Position numbers and translations under genes: made by a program. The notes beneath the pieces are model-generated. The model searched no databases. It had not been told where the DNA came from and was given only the letters and a program-made list of their open reading frames with translations. DNA of 64,000 nt from a virus. Numbering within the stretch: the first letter of the stretch is position 1; every line of letters starts with the position of its first letter. The stretch covers positions 32,001 to 96,000 of IMG/VR virus record IMGVR_UViG_3300041964_000099; one strand, written 5' to 3'. Of the stretch, positions 9,667 to 17,957 are shown in pieces.

Positions 9667-10725
9667 ATGCAATCGTCACAACTACGACTCAATCTCTTCT
9701 CAGCTTCCTGGGAGGAGTTTTTTTTAGATGCGATCGATTTATCCTCCTACGATCGCATCGTTATTTTTCTCTCCGGCGGTAAAGACTCAGTTTGCTGCTT
9801 GCTGATTGTCAGATATCTATTAGAGAAGCAAGGACTGCAAGACAAAATTGAAGTCGAAGCATGGCATCACTGCGTAGATGGGCGCGAAGAAGGCTTAAAT
9901 CTGATGGATTGGGCCTATACAGAGTCCTACTGCCAGAAGCTCTGTGATGCCTTCAATATCAAGCTCTACTTCTCGTGGCTTGAAGGAGGCATGGCGCGAG
10001 AACTGGTCAGGGAAAACCAAGCCAAATCGCGCACCTGGTTTGAAACGCCAGACGGTCTTATGTGTGCCGGTGGTAACTCAAAAGACCTGACTACTCGCCT
10101 GAATTTTCCGCAAACCAGCAATGATCTTAATGTGCGCTGGTGTAGCCCTTACTTAAAAATTGATGTAGGCCGCATCGCTGTTCGCAATCAAAAACGGTTC
10201 AAAGGCAGCCGGACGCTGCTAGTTTCAGGCGAGCGAGCAGAAGAAAGCCCAAAACGAGCCAAGTATTTGCAAATTGAGCCGGATGAAACGCATTGTGCCA
10301 GCCGCTATGTCGATCGCTGGCGACCCGTGCATCACATCGACCAGGTGATAGTTTGGCAGATTATTCAATATTTTGGCGTCAATCCAGCGCCGTCGTATCT
10401 GCTGGGTTTTGGCCGCAAAAGCTGCCGCAACTGCATTTTCAACGGAGATGACGAATGGGCCACGCTGCGGCAAATTGACCCAGAAGGCTTTGCCCGCATT
10501 CTCGCGTTCGAGTTGCTATTCCAAAAAACCATCTTCAACAGCAAGTTGCCGTTTGAGGAGCGCACGATCGAGGCCCGCGCCAATCGCGGCACACCGTTCC
10601 CAAACATGCAGCCCGACGACATTCGCGCTGCCCTCAGCTCCACATTCGATCGTCCAATCCTGCTACCTCCTGACAAATGGAAGTTGCCCGCAGGCGCGTT
10701 TGGCCGTAACTGTGGCCCCACTTAA
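9667..10725 (+). CDS. PAPS reductase-family (PP-loop adenine nucleotide alpha-hydrolase) protein
   Basis: SGGKDS PP-loop, RWCSPYLK, SGERAEES..RA, WRPV, and SCxxC near the C-terminus. Confidence 0.8.
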   Translation: MQSSQLRLNLFSASWEEFFLDAIDLSSYDRIVIFLSGGKDSVCCLLIVRYLLEKQGLQDKIEVEAWHHCVDGREEGLNLMDWAYTESYCQKLCDAFNIKLYFSWLEGGMARELVRENQAKSRTWFETPDGLMCAGGNSKDLTTRLNFPQTSNDLNVRWCSPYLKIDVGRIAVRNQKRFKGSRTLLVSGERAEESPKRAKYLQIEPDETHCASRYVDRWRPVHHIDQVIVWQIIQYFGVNPAPSYLLGFGRKSCRNCIFNGDDEWATLRQIDPEGFARILAFELLFQKTIFNSKLPFEERTIEARANRGTPFPNMQPDDIRAALSSTFDRPILLPPDKWKLPAGAFGRNCGPT

Positions 10726-10730
10726 ACACT

Positions 10731-11000
10731 ATGGGAAAAAGAATACCGATCGAAATCAAGTTTGACAAGCTGCAAGCCCTGACCAGAGAAACAATTTGCC
10801 GTGAAGCTCAAAAGCTAGATTACGACGGCAAAGTAGACATCTATCGAAATCGAATTGTCACTCTCAAAACAACAGCGAAACAAATCATTTCTAAAGTTTT
10901 GGAAGAGTACAAACAAGCCTCGATCGAGCTGTTTGGAGAGGAAGATTACACAGATCAAGAGCTGGCTGACTTTAACTACCTCAAGTCGTTAGTTAAATAA
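10731..11000 (+). CDS. Hypothetical protein
   Basis: 89 aa, starting 5 bp after the PAPS-family stop; lies between repeat copies 1 and 2. Confidence 0.6.
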   Translation: MGKRIPIEIKFDKLQALTRETICREAQKLDYDGKVDIYRNRIVTLKTTAKQIISKVLEEYKQASIELFGEEDYTDQELADFNYLKSLVK

Positions 11001-11127
11001 CCAGCGCATTCGATCGCAACTGTGGCCCCAGCCAGCTTTCAAACAGCAAATCAACTCGATCGAGGCAGTGTCAACCGGCGCTGCCTCGATTTTGTTCAAG
11101 TTCAAGTCAACCGCATTGGAGGTTTAT

Positions 11128-11859
11128 ATGTGTTTGCAATCTGATCAACTGAAAAGCCCATTACTCGCCATCAGCTACAGCAAGCCGGAAACGCACCACG
11201 GCTACACTTCCGCAAAAATGTCGGCCTGTCCTGCATGGCGAGACGAGAGCAACGATATTCGCTGCTTCAGCAAATACCGACAATACCCCGATCGTTTCTA
11301 TCAGTCTCTGCGGCTGCAAACCTATGTGTCAGCGGACTCAAAGAGACAGTATGCCGATTCTAAAATCGCATACTTCGATCCCTACTCAGTCAATGCCGAG
11401 GAAGCGGAAATGATGCACAAAACATTGCAGCGGATTCGGCGGCAAATGTCGAAGTTCAATGACAAATTTGCCTACCCCGAAACCTTTGGAGGCGAAATAA
11501 ACCGACTTGCTTGGATAGTTGGGGCAAAAGAAATTTGGATTTGGCGAACAGAAAAAACGGGCGTATCACTGAAGCCAGCCGACGCGATCGAGGTCATAGA
11601 CCAGGACTGGATGCACCTTCAGACTGAATGCCAAATCAAGGCCGGAACCTATGACGGCGTAGTGAAATGCTTCACAACGGCCCCAGTTGAATACGACGGG
11701 TTTGGCACAGTAGCGCCGGAGACCCGCGAGATCAAAGGGCAGACCGTCCGGCTAGTTGAGATTGAAGGCCGCTACTATCGCTGGCAAGTCGATCGCTATC
11801 GCAGCGGACTGTACCTCACGACTCGCACCGAAGCAGAGATGACGCGCTATCTCAAGTAG
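11128..11859 (+). CDS. Hypothetical protein, paralog A1
   Basis: GGAGG RBS before the ATG at 11128; aligns end to end with 11998-12723 (YPDRxYQSL, KIAY, WIWxTEKTG, CQIKAGTYDGVVKCxTTAP, VEIEGRxYxW). Confidence 0.75.
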   Translation: MCLQSDQLKSPLLAISYSKPETHHGYTSAKMSACPAWRDESNDIRCFSKYRQYPDRFYQSLRLQTYVSADSKRQYADSKIAYFDPYSVNAEEAEMMHKTLQRIRRQMSKFNDKFAYPETFGGEINRLAWIVGAKEIWIWRTEKTGVSLKPADAIEVIDQDWMHLQTECQIKAGTYDGVVKCFTTAPVEYDGFGTVAPETREIKGQTVRLVEIEGRYYRWQVDRYRSGLYLTTRTEAEMTRYLK

Positions 11860-11871
11860 TGCTGGAAGCCG

Positions 11872-11940
11872 ATGGCGATCGGCTTCCAGCACAAGGCACA
11901 CCCCTACCGGCTGGAGCTGCATCAGTTTCACTTCCGCAGC
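11872..11940 (+). pseudogene. Truncated copy of gene 12720-13043
   Basis: IGFQHKAHPYRLELHQFH matches IEFQYEGHPYRLDLHQYH of gene 12720; truncated at repeat copy 3. Confidence 0.7.
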
Positions 11941-11997
11941 GCATTCGATCGCAACCGTGGCCCCAAGTTTTTCATTCAATCAACTAGGAGATTAACT

Positions 11998-12723
11998 ATG
12001 TCAGACGACAAAAAGCATCTAAAACCAATAATCGCTATTTCCAAAGGCCAGCCAGAATCGCATTACGGTTCAGTCCATGCAAAGATTGTGGCCTATCCTG
12101 CTTGCCAAGAAGAAGATGGAGTTGTTTATGGCTTGGGCAATAATTATCGATACCCTGATCGAGCTTATCAATCATTGGGAATGCACACATGGGTGTTTTC
12201 AGATACAAAGTCCTGTGGAGAATGCAAAATTGCTTATCGCGATGTCTATGAAATAGATTTTGACGACATGGAACGAATGAGCAAGACGATGCGCCGCATT
12301 CGCCGCCGTATTACTCAATATGTCGATAAAAACGGCTATGTTGAGACTTTTGGGCATCGTGTAGCGCGATTTGCTTGGGTTTTGAATGCCACACAAGTTT
12401 GGATTTGGCAGACAGAAAAAACCGGCATTTTGCTCAAGGTCGATGATGCGATCGATATCCTTAACCAAACTTGGGAGAATTTGCATATCGACTGCCAAAT
12501 CAAAGCTGGAACCTATGACGGCGTAGTGAAATGCTACACAACTGCGCCTGCGGACTATGACGCCTTTGAAAGCAAAACGATCGAACATTACAAAATTAAA
12601 GACAAGACAGTTCGCGTCGTTGAGATTGAAGGTCGGCATTACAATTGGCACGTCAGCCGCTATCAAAGCGGAATGCACATCACGACGCGCACTAAAGAGG
12701 AAATGGCTCTCTGTGTTGGATGA
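11998..12723 (+). CDS. Hypothetical protein, paralog A2
   Basis: TAGGAG RBS before the ATG at 11998; paralog of 11128-11859. Confidence 0.75.
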   Translation: MSDDKKHLKPIIAISKGQPESHYGSVHAKIVAYPACQEEDGVVYGLGNNYRYPDRAYQSLGMHTWVFSDTKSCGECKIAYRDVYEIDFDDMERMSKTMRRIRRRITQYVDKNGYVETFGHRVARFAWVLNATQVWIWQTEKTGILLKVDDAIDILNQTWENLHIDCQIKAGTYDGVVKCYTTAPADYDAFESKTIEHYKIKDKTVRVVEIEGRHYNWHVSRYQSGMHITTRTKEEMALCVG

Positions 12724-13043
12724 AAACTATCACTATCGAATTCCAGTACGAGGGCCACCCCTATCGCCTGGATCTGCATCAGTATCATTATCACTTCTAC
12801 GAAAAGCGAGCGCTCACCGTCTGGGAGGGCGCTTTATTTTTGGCAGCCGTTACAGACCCGACCACGTTTGAGCGCATCAACCCCAGCCGCGAGCTGGCCG
12901 TTGCTGCGCTGCAAGCCATCAAAGTGTTGCCCGCTGCTCAGCGGCGCAGGATTGCACGACGGGCGATCGATCGCGTCGTTGCTCTCCTCACTGAGGACTA
13001 TGTGAAAAATCTGCAAATCTGCCAATCGATCGGCGTACTTTGA
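12720..13043 (+). CDS. Hypothetical protein (gene B of the duplicated A-B unit)
   Basis: ATGA overlap with A2. Confidence 0.65.
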   Translation: MKTITIEFQYEGHPYRLDLHQYHYHFYEKRALTVWEGALFLAAVTDPTTFERINPSRELAVAALQAIKVLPAAQRRRIARRAIDRVVALLTEDYVKNLQICQSIGVL

Positions 13044-13071
13044 CCACTAATTCATTCAAGGAGTTCATTCA

Positions 13072-14196
13072 ATGGCAACAACACGACGAACAAAACGCGC
13101 GACTCGCGAAGAATTGCCAGATGAGCTGGCAAACAGCTTTTACGAGTTTGAATGCGTCCAGTTTCTCCAGTCAAAGCACAATGCTTGGGTTGCTACTATT
13201 CCCGCTAGACAAATTCACAGCTTATTTGCTCTGCGCGAGGCTCGCGCTAGTAATCCGCTGGAATGGTGGCAACGTGGTATCAATTTCAGTCGAGTCAAGA
13301 AACTGGTTAAGTATGTGATCGATGCGATGCTGTCTAACCGCCAGAAACGTTACATTCTGCCTTGTGTCACAGTCGCCATCAATGGCGATGTGGACTTTGA
13401 AGAGTATTTTCAAGATCGCAACGATCGGCACAGCGGCATTCTAAAAGTTCAATATGGCGCAGTGTTTTGCTGCGTTGATGGACAGCATAGGCTGTGCGGG
13501 CTGGGAGATTCCTTTAGCGCTCAGCCTGACCTGATGCAGTGTGAATCAATTGCCGTGATGTTTTTTGTTGACTTGGGAGGGCACTTCAAGGAACAAGCTT
13601 TTCTCGATATCAACACAAATGCTGTCCGGCCCAGTCCGTCAATTTTTGCATTATTCAACCACAATGACCCGATCGCAGAAGCGGCGCGGCAGGTGGCGAC
13701 GACAATTCACGCTTTCAAATTAGTGACCGACATGGAAAACACGAACATCCGGCCACGCGACACTTTGAACATTTTCACCCTCAATGCAATCAACGCCGCT
13801 TGCAAGGAATTGTGGAAAGGCATTGAGCTTGAAGAAAATGTTGATCTAGTGGCCGAGACCTTACAATTTTGGTCGATCGTAGAAAAGCACATGGGTGCAT
13901 GGAAAATCATCAGAAGTCTTAACGTCAACAAGTCATTATTTCTATCTGACTACATTGCCTGCAATGCCTTGACTTTGATGGCATTGGGAATGCTGGGCAA
14001 TGTGCTGCGAAAGGAAGGAACCGATTGGGAGTCGGTTCTTCCGCGCCTCGCAACTGTTGACTGGGGGCGGCACAACCCTGAATGGAGAGATCTATTTATC
14101 TTCAACGGCAATCTGGTTAAAACTCAGCAAACATGCCGTGCCTTCGCGACCTGGCTCTACGGCCACGTCAAGACCAGCGATAAACCCGCTGAATAA
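13072..14196 (+). CDS. DGQHR-domain (DndB-like, ParB/Srx superfamily) protein
   Basis: Literal VDGQHRL motif; QRGINxSRV, YILP, EQAFxDINxNAVRPSxS and FTLxAI segments typical of DndB-like proteins; AAGGAG RBS. Confidence 0.85.
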   Translation: MATTRRTKRATREELPDELANSFYEFECVQFLQSKHNAWVATIPARQIHSLFALREARASNPLEWWQRGINFSRVKKLVKYVIDAMLSNRQKRYILPCVTVAINGDVDFEEYFQDRNDRHSGILKVQYGAVFCCVDGQHRLCGLGDSFSAQPDLMQCESIAVMFFVDLGGHFKEQAFLDINTNAVRPSPSIFALFNHNDPIAEAARQVATTIHAFKLVTDMENTNIRPRDTLNIFTLNAINAACKELWKGIELEENVDLVAETLQFWSIVEKHMGAWKIIRSLNVNKSLFLSDYIACNALTLMALGMLGNVLRKEGTDWESVLPRLATVDWGRHNPEWRDLFIFNGNLVKTQQTCRAFATWLYGHVKTSDKPAE

Positions 14197-14257
14197 GCAG
14201 AACATCAGAACATCTATCTGATTTTCAAAAAGTTCTGAAAATTGTAGTCTAGTACCC

Positions 14258-14295
14258 TTGTTTTGATTGTATGCAACTGCATACAATCAAAACAA
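14258..14295. promoter_or_regulatory. Perfect 18-bp inverted repeat with a 2-nt centre (38-bp palindrome)
   Basis: TTGTTTTGATTGTATGCA-AC-TGCATACAATCAAAACAA in the intergenic region; function unknown. Confidence 0.6.
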
Positions 14296-14372
14296 TTCAC
14301 TCAAGTTGTTCGCAATTCACAACCTGTAACGATGCAAGGAAGCGCGATCGCGCTCCTTCTGAACCTAAATTT

Positions 14373-14840
14373 ATGACTGACTGGACAAAACGCAACGAAG
14401 CATCTTCAGTTTCATTCCGTGATGCTAAAGTCAAAAGCTCGCTGGTCAATCGTGGTCGGCCTGGAGCGATTGCCAAGCGAGACCTGACCCGCTTCTACCT
14501 GCTGCTAAATCACGCACTTGAGACAGTTGAGCTAACCCCTGAAGAAGCGATGCTGCTCTGTGACGCGCTCAATGGCTTGCGGTTTGACTTCAACATCGAT
14601 CCAAGTCGATCGCTATTTTCTGAAATTCAAGATGCGATTGAGACCGATGATCTTGCTAATAAATGGCAAGTTGATGGCAGCGGCCTGCTGATGAAGATCA
14701 AAAGCTGTTCCACATTACAGGCTGTTGCGATTATTGACGCGATCGAGCGATTTTGGAGTGCTCCGAAGCAACCCTTGAAAGGACACGATGAAAGACTTAA
14801 GTGTGTTCGACTCATCCGAGGAAATTCCACCTCGAACTGA
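14373..14840 (+). CDS. Conserved hypothetical protein
   Basis: In-frame ATG at 14373; LCDALNG...EIQDAI..D.LA.KWQVDG..L...AIIDAIERFW pattern that I recall from mobile elements. Confidence 0.65.
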   Translation: MTDWTKRNEASSVSFRDAKVKSSLVNRGRPGAIAKRDLTRFYLLLNHALETVELTPEEAMLLCDALNGLRFDFNIDPSRSLFSEIQDAIETDDLANKWQVDGSGLLMKIKSCSTLQAVAIIDAIERFWSAPKQPLKGHDERLKCVRLIRGNSTSN

Positions 14841-14933
14841 GGTTGCATTGCTGCGATTTCGTGGCGACGATCCTTACTGGGTTCGGGGCTATGAAATTTT
14901 CGACCCCAGCCTAGAGCATTCAACCAACAAAGG

Positions 14934-15194
14934 TTGTATGTCGTTAAAGTTCCAACGATTCGATCGAATTTGGTCTATCTAGTTCGTCAAGGGCAACAGG
15001 GGAAGCCGATCGCTTACCCACTTTCGCAAATCAGAAAAATTCAGCCAGGGAAACACTACTGGACTCACGCTGAAGTTTTTGGGACTGTAAGCGAGACGCA
15101 AGGGGTCTCGATCACAGTCACAGCTCACGAAGCGGAGCCAGAGGATTTATCGCTAGCTGACGACTTAAACAACAACGAAAATGAAGAATTCTGA
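14934..15194 (+). CDS. Hypothetical protein (may be the 3' part of a gene starting at 14788)
   Basis: Weak TTG start; ORF 14788-14982 would join it with one added base near 14925. Confidence 0.4.
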   Translation: MYVVKVPTIRSNLVYLVRQGQQGKPIAYPLSQIRKIQPGKHYWTHAEVFGTVSETQGVSITVTAHEAEPEDLSLADDLNNNENEEF

Positions 15195-15591
15195 GGCAAC
15201 TGATATGGAAAAGAGCTGTAATACTTGCTATTGGGGAGCGGTTATCTGCGGAACCCGCACGGTCACAGGTCAAGAGCGGCTGGACTGCTACAACGAAGAC
15301 TCAGATGCAGTGTTTGAGTTCCTTGAGCAGCATGGCTGCGAAGATGGCAGCAACGTTACGCCTGAATGGGGCGCAGAATGTCCAGGCTGGATTGAAAAAA
15401 TAATCGAACCTGACCCAGAGCCAGAGCCAGAGCTGACGCCGGAGGAACAAGAGAAGCTGCGGCTATCTGCCGAAGTGTCCGATCGCGCCTACCTGATTTC
15501 GATCGGCCACATGACTGAAGAAGGAGAGCTGACAGATAGTTATTATCACGCTGCTGATTTTGCATATGACGCTGCCAGAGAGCGGCGATAA
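15181..15591 (+). CDS. Hypothetical protein with Cys cluster and acidic linker
   Basis: CNTC..C..C..C motifs; EPDPEPEPE linker. Confidence 0.6.
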   Translation: MKNSEATDMEKSCNTCYWGAVICGTRTVTGQERLDCYNEDSDAVFEFLEQHGCEDGSNVTPEWGAECPGWIEKIIEPDPEPEPELTPEEQEKLRLSAEVSDRAYLISIGHMTEEGELTDSYYHAADFAYDAARERR

Positions 15592-15611
15592 CGCAGTGAG
15601 GAGCAAAATTT

Positions 15612-15794
15612 ATGATTGAAGGTGTTCAACCATTTTTTGTGGGCGATCGGGTTGAGTGGATATCGGAAAGTCGTCTTGCAGGCAAAAAAGGCAAGATTAC
15701 AAATTCCGGCAGTATTTGGAGTTTCGTAAAAATTGACGGTTCGGAACAGGAAGAGTACACCAGAACCGCCCTACTTAAGCTGGTGGAAACGTAA
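15612..15794 (+). CDS. Small KOW/SH3-like hypothetical protein
   Basis: VGDRVEW..GKKGKI..VKIDG pattern; GAGGAG RBS. Confidence 0.55.
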   Translation: MIEGVQPFFVGDRVEWISESRLAGKKGKITNSGSIWSFVKIDGSEQEEYTRTALLKLVET

Positions 15795-16026
15795 TCGCGT
15801 CTTCACTTCCGTCAATTTCCTCCACATCCAATACCGCCAGCGCAGTTGCTAAGCAGTTTGTCTCAAGCAACTTGCGCTGTTGTTTGCCATACGGTTTTTC
15901 AAAAACTTGCCAGCAGCCTTGATGCACTAACCAGCGATCACCGCAGGTTAGATAAGCTGCTTTGGTTTTGAGAAGGCGGGCGATCGCCTCCTCAGATAAA
16001 GTTTCAGGGTGCGATGAACAAGACAT
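15775..16026 (-). CDS. Hypothetical protein on the opposite strand
   Basis: Fills a gap with no long + strand ORF; protein-like composition. Confidence 0.4.
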   Translation of the reverse strand: MSCSSHPETLSEEAIARLLKTKAAYLTCGDRWLVHQGCWQVFEKPYGKQQRKLLETNCLATALAVLDVEEIDGSEDAITFPPA

Positions 16027-16205
16027 ATCAATTAGCTAGGAGGATTATGACTCGCACAACACGCAAAAAGCGCTATCGCAAAATTGAACGCAACCAGCGC
16101 CGCTTAAACCCAGCCCCAAAAGAAACGCCAGTGGAGGAAGCATCTAGAGTCGGCGAAGAGTTCGTATTTGGGGTTGTCAGGTTGATCAATTGGTTCAGAA
16201 GCTAA
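16014..16205 (+). CDS. Small basic hypothetical protein
   Basis: AGGAGG RBS precedes an internal ATG (MTRTTRKK); ends just before a hairpin. Confidence 0.45.
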   Translation: MNKTYQLARRIMTRTTRKKRYRKIERNQRRLNPAPKETPVEEASRVGEEFVFGVVRLINWFRS

Positions 16206-16212
16206 AACGATC

Positions 16213-16239
16213 GCGCCCCACCTATTTCAGGTGGGGCGC
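16213..16239. terminator. Hairpin between convergent genes (probable bidirectional terminator)
   Basis: GCGCCCCACCT-ATTTC-AGGTGGGGCGC, 11-bp perfect stem. Confidence 0.7.
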
Positions 16240-16254
16240 TGCTGAAAATGAACA

Positions 16255-17055
16255 TTAGCCGACGATCGAGGCTGGATTTACATCTTCAATTGCAATGTTT
16301 TTTGCAACCTCAAAAAGATTGCCAAACGCATCGGTCACACGACGATATTGATTCACAAACCTGCGATAGTTTGTGTGGTTGATATCAGCCAGAAAACGCG
16401 CTTCAACAATGCTGTCTGGATTATCTGGCTCTAAGGTATCAAGCAGCCGCAGCAAATCCGGCAATTCAGCAGGGCGCACATAGTCTTCCCGCCGAAAGGT
16501 TACAGCCTCCACAAGGTTTCGCCTTGGCGTCATGATTCGTGAGCTTTCAGTCATGGCGACTTGCTTTTGGTTGGAAACTCGTACCAGTCCTTGCCGCCAC
16601 TCTGGATGCTCTAAGAACTCTCCCAATACGTGATAAATAGGCAAAGATATGTACAGTTTGCCGAGCTGCAATCCTGGAACAGCTAAAATTTCGCTTGGAA
16701 ACGAATTGGTTTGCATAAGTCTCCTCTCAAATTGAATGTCTTGATAGTTCTTTATGTCGATCGTAATAGGTCTGCCGCATTGCGGCCATGCAAAGCGTAG
16801 CTGACTTACAGACCGGCCTGAAGCAATCATCTGCTGGGCAAAAAAATGATTGTGTTGATGCAGCAAGCGAGCATCAGTACGATCGCGGCAGTGAAAAGTA
16901 ATACTTTCCACGTTTGAAGTGGCTTCAGCGCAAAACAGCCTTGTAGCCAGGTCAGTTTCTCCCAGCTTCATCAAAACTGCAACACACTCCGCCTTAAATA
17001 GCTGGCCGTGATGTAGCGTTAAATCGCGTGGATACTCAAATTTCAACTGCTTCAT
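16255..17055 (-). CDS. Hypothetical protein co-transcribed with the repressor
   Basis: ATGA overlap with the repressor stop; 266 aa. Confidence 0.7.
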   Translation of the reverse strand: MKQLKFEYPRDLTLHHGQLFKAECVAVLMKLGETDLATRLFCAEATSNVESITFHCRDRTDARLLHQHNHFFAQQMIASGRSVSQLRFAWPQCGRPITIDIKNYQDIQFERRLMQTNSFPSEILAVPGLQLGKLYISLPIYHVLGEFLEHPEWRQGLVRVSNQKQVAMTESSRIMTPRRNLVEAVTFRREDYVRPAELPDLLRLLDTLEPDNPDSIVEARFLADINHTNYRRFVNQYRRVTDAFGNLFEVAKNIAIEDVNPASIVG

Positions 17056-17720
17056 ACTCGCTTCCCTTCTCTTCTACTTGATCCGTTTTTGCGCTTTCCA
17101 GCGCTCATCAGCTCAGCTACTGACCACTCCTGCCCACCTGGTTTGGTCAGAATTCTCGCCAAACATTCAGCCTGATGCAACGTAATTGACGCTCCGCCAA
17201 GCAAGCTATCAATTACGGCTGGCTCTAGCAGCACGTCCTCTGCAAACGCTTCGATCCGCTGCCTACCAGCAAGGTGACTCCAGGCGCGATCGGGCTTTGC
17301 CATCTCACCCACAATTAACTGGGCAATCGTCAGCTTTGACGAATCGATCTGCATTTGATCGATCAGCAGTTGCACCAGCTCAAATTTTTCTTCTTCTGAA
17401 AGAGTGGAAGCCCATGCCGCAACTCGCGACACGGTTAAAACTTCCCCCTGCGGCGACGCTCCGAAATTTTCCAGCAAAACTGCAAGTGTAATGTCGCCGT
17501 GCAAATAGAGTTCAATCTGGGCCACAGTTGTGCCCAAATAATCTGCCAGCTTGATGCGAGCGCCGCGCATTCGATCGCCTCTGGCCCAGCGTCGCAAAGT
17601 GTCGCGAGAAATTCCAATCAGCTTGGCAGCTTCCGCCTCACTGCGATTTCCGCGCAGACGTTTGATTAAATCAACTTGATTTTTGCGACGGGGATCGGCA
17701 GATGAATTCATGTCTTTCAT
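17052..17720 (-). CDS. XRE-family HTH phage repressor (CI-like)
   Basis: LIKRLRGNRSEAEAAKLIGISRDTLRRWARG..LADYLG is an XRE-type HTH; divergent from a Cro-like gene; no peptidase S24 domain seen. Confidence 0.8.
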   Translation of the reverse strand: MKDMNSSADPRRKNQVDLIKRLRGNRSEAEAAKLIGISRDTLRRWARGDRMRGARIKLADYLGTTVAQIELYLHGDITLAVLLENFGASPQGEVLTVSRVAAWASTLSEEEKFELVQLLIDQMQIDSSKLTIAQLIVGEMAKPDRAWSHLAGRQRIEAFAEDVLLEPAVIDSLLGGASITLHQAECLARILTKPGGQEWSVAELMSAGKRKNGSSRREGKRV

Positions 17721-17729
17721 TAAAGCAAC

Positions 17730-17821
17730 ATCGGCAGAAAATCTACACCCCTGGCCTGAAATTAATCGCTTGAAGTTGAGCTGTCAATCAAACAAGTCAA
17801 CCAATCGGCAGAAAATCTACA
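17730..17821. promoter_or_regulatory. Two identical 18-bp direct repeats (candidate operators)
   Basis: ATCGGCAGAAAATCTACA at 17730-17747 and 17804-17821, between the divergent genes. Confidence 0.7.
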
Positions 17822-17839
17822 TATCCTGTCGAAAACCTG

Positions 17840-17869
17840 TTGACTTTGCCAGAAGCGCGTGCCTATACT
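17840..17869 (+). promoter_or_regulatory. Sigma70-type rightward promoter
   Basis: TTGACT-18 bp-TATACT, upstream of the Cro-like gene and the FtsK operon. Confidence 0.65.
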
Positions 17870-17905
17870 GACCTCAACCAGTCGAAATCCGTCAAACCCG
17901 TACCA

Positions 17906-17940
17906 CAGACAGGTTCAGACAGGTTCAGACAGGTTCAGAC
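17906..17940 (+). repeat. 10-bp tandem repeat, 3.5 copies
   Basis: (CAGACAGGTT)3CAGAC in the predicted leader. Confidence 0.9.
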
Positions 17941-17957
17941 AAGTTGTTTAAGCTGCT

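Larger units (their letters stand above)
10693..11965 (+). repeat. 28-bp direct repeat, three copies (10693-10720, 11003-11030, 11938-11965)
   Basis: AGCGCATTCGATCGCAACYGTGGCCCCA; copies 2 and 3 match at 27/28; copy 1 (the last codons of the PAPS-family gene) matches copy 2 at 22/28. Confidence 0.85.

Noticed and set aside
11872-11997. 42-aa N-terminal extension of paralog A2, as given in the ORF track
   Set aside because: It consists of a remnant of gene B plus the 28-bp repeat; A2 has its own RBS and ATG at 11998, matching the start of A1.
9667-14196. Complete Dnd phosphorothioation system
   Set aside because: No DndD, DndE, DndA/IscS or DndFGH recognised, and the two genes are not adjacent.
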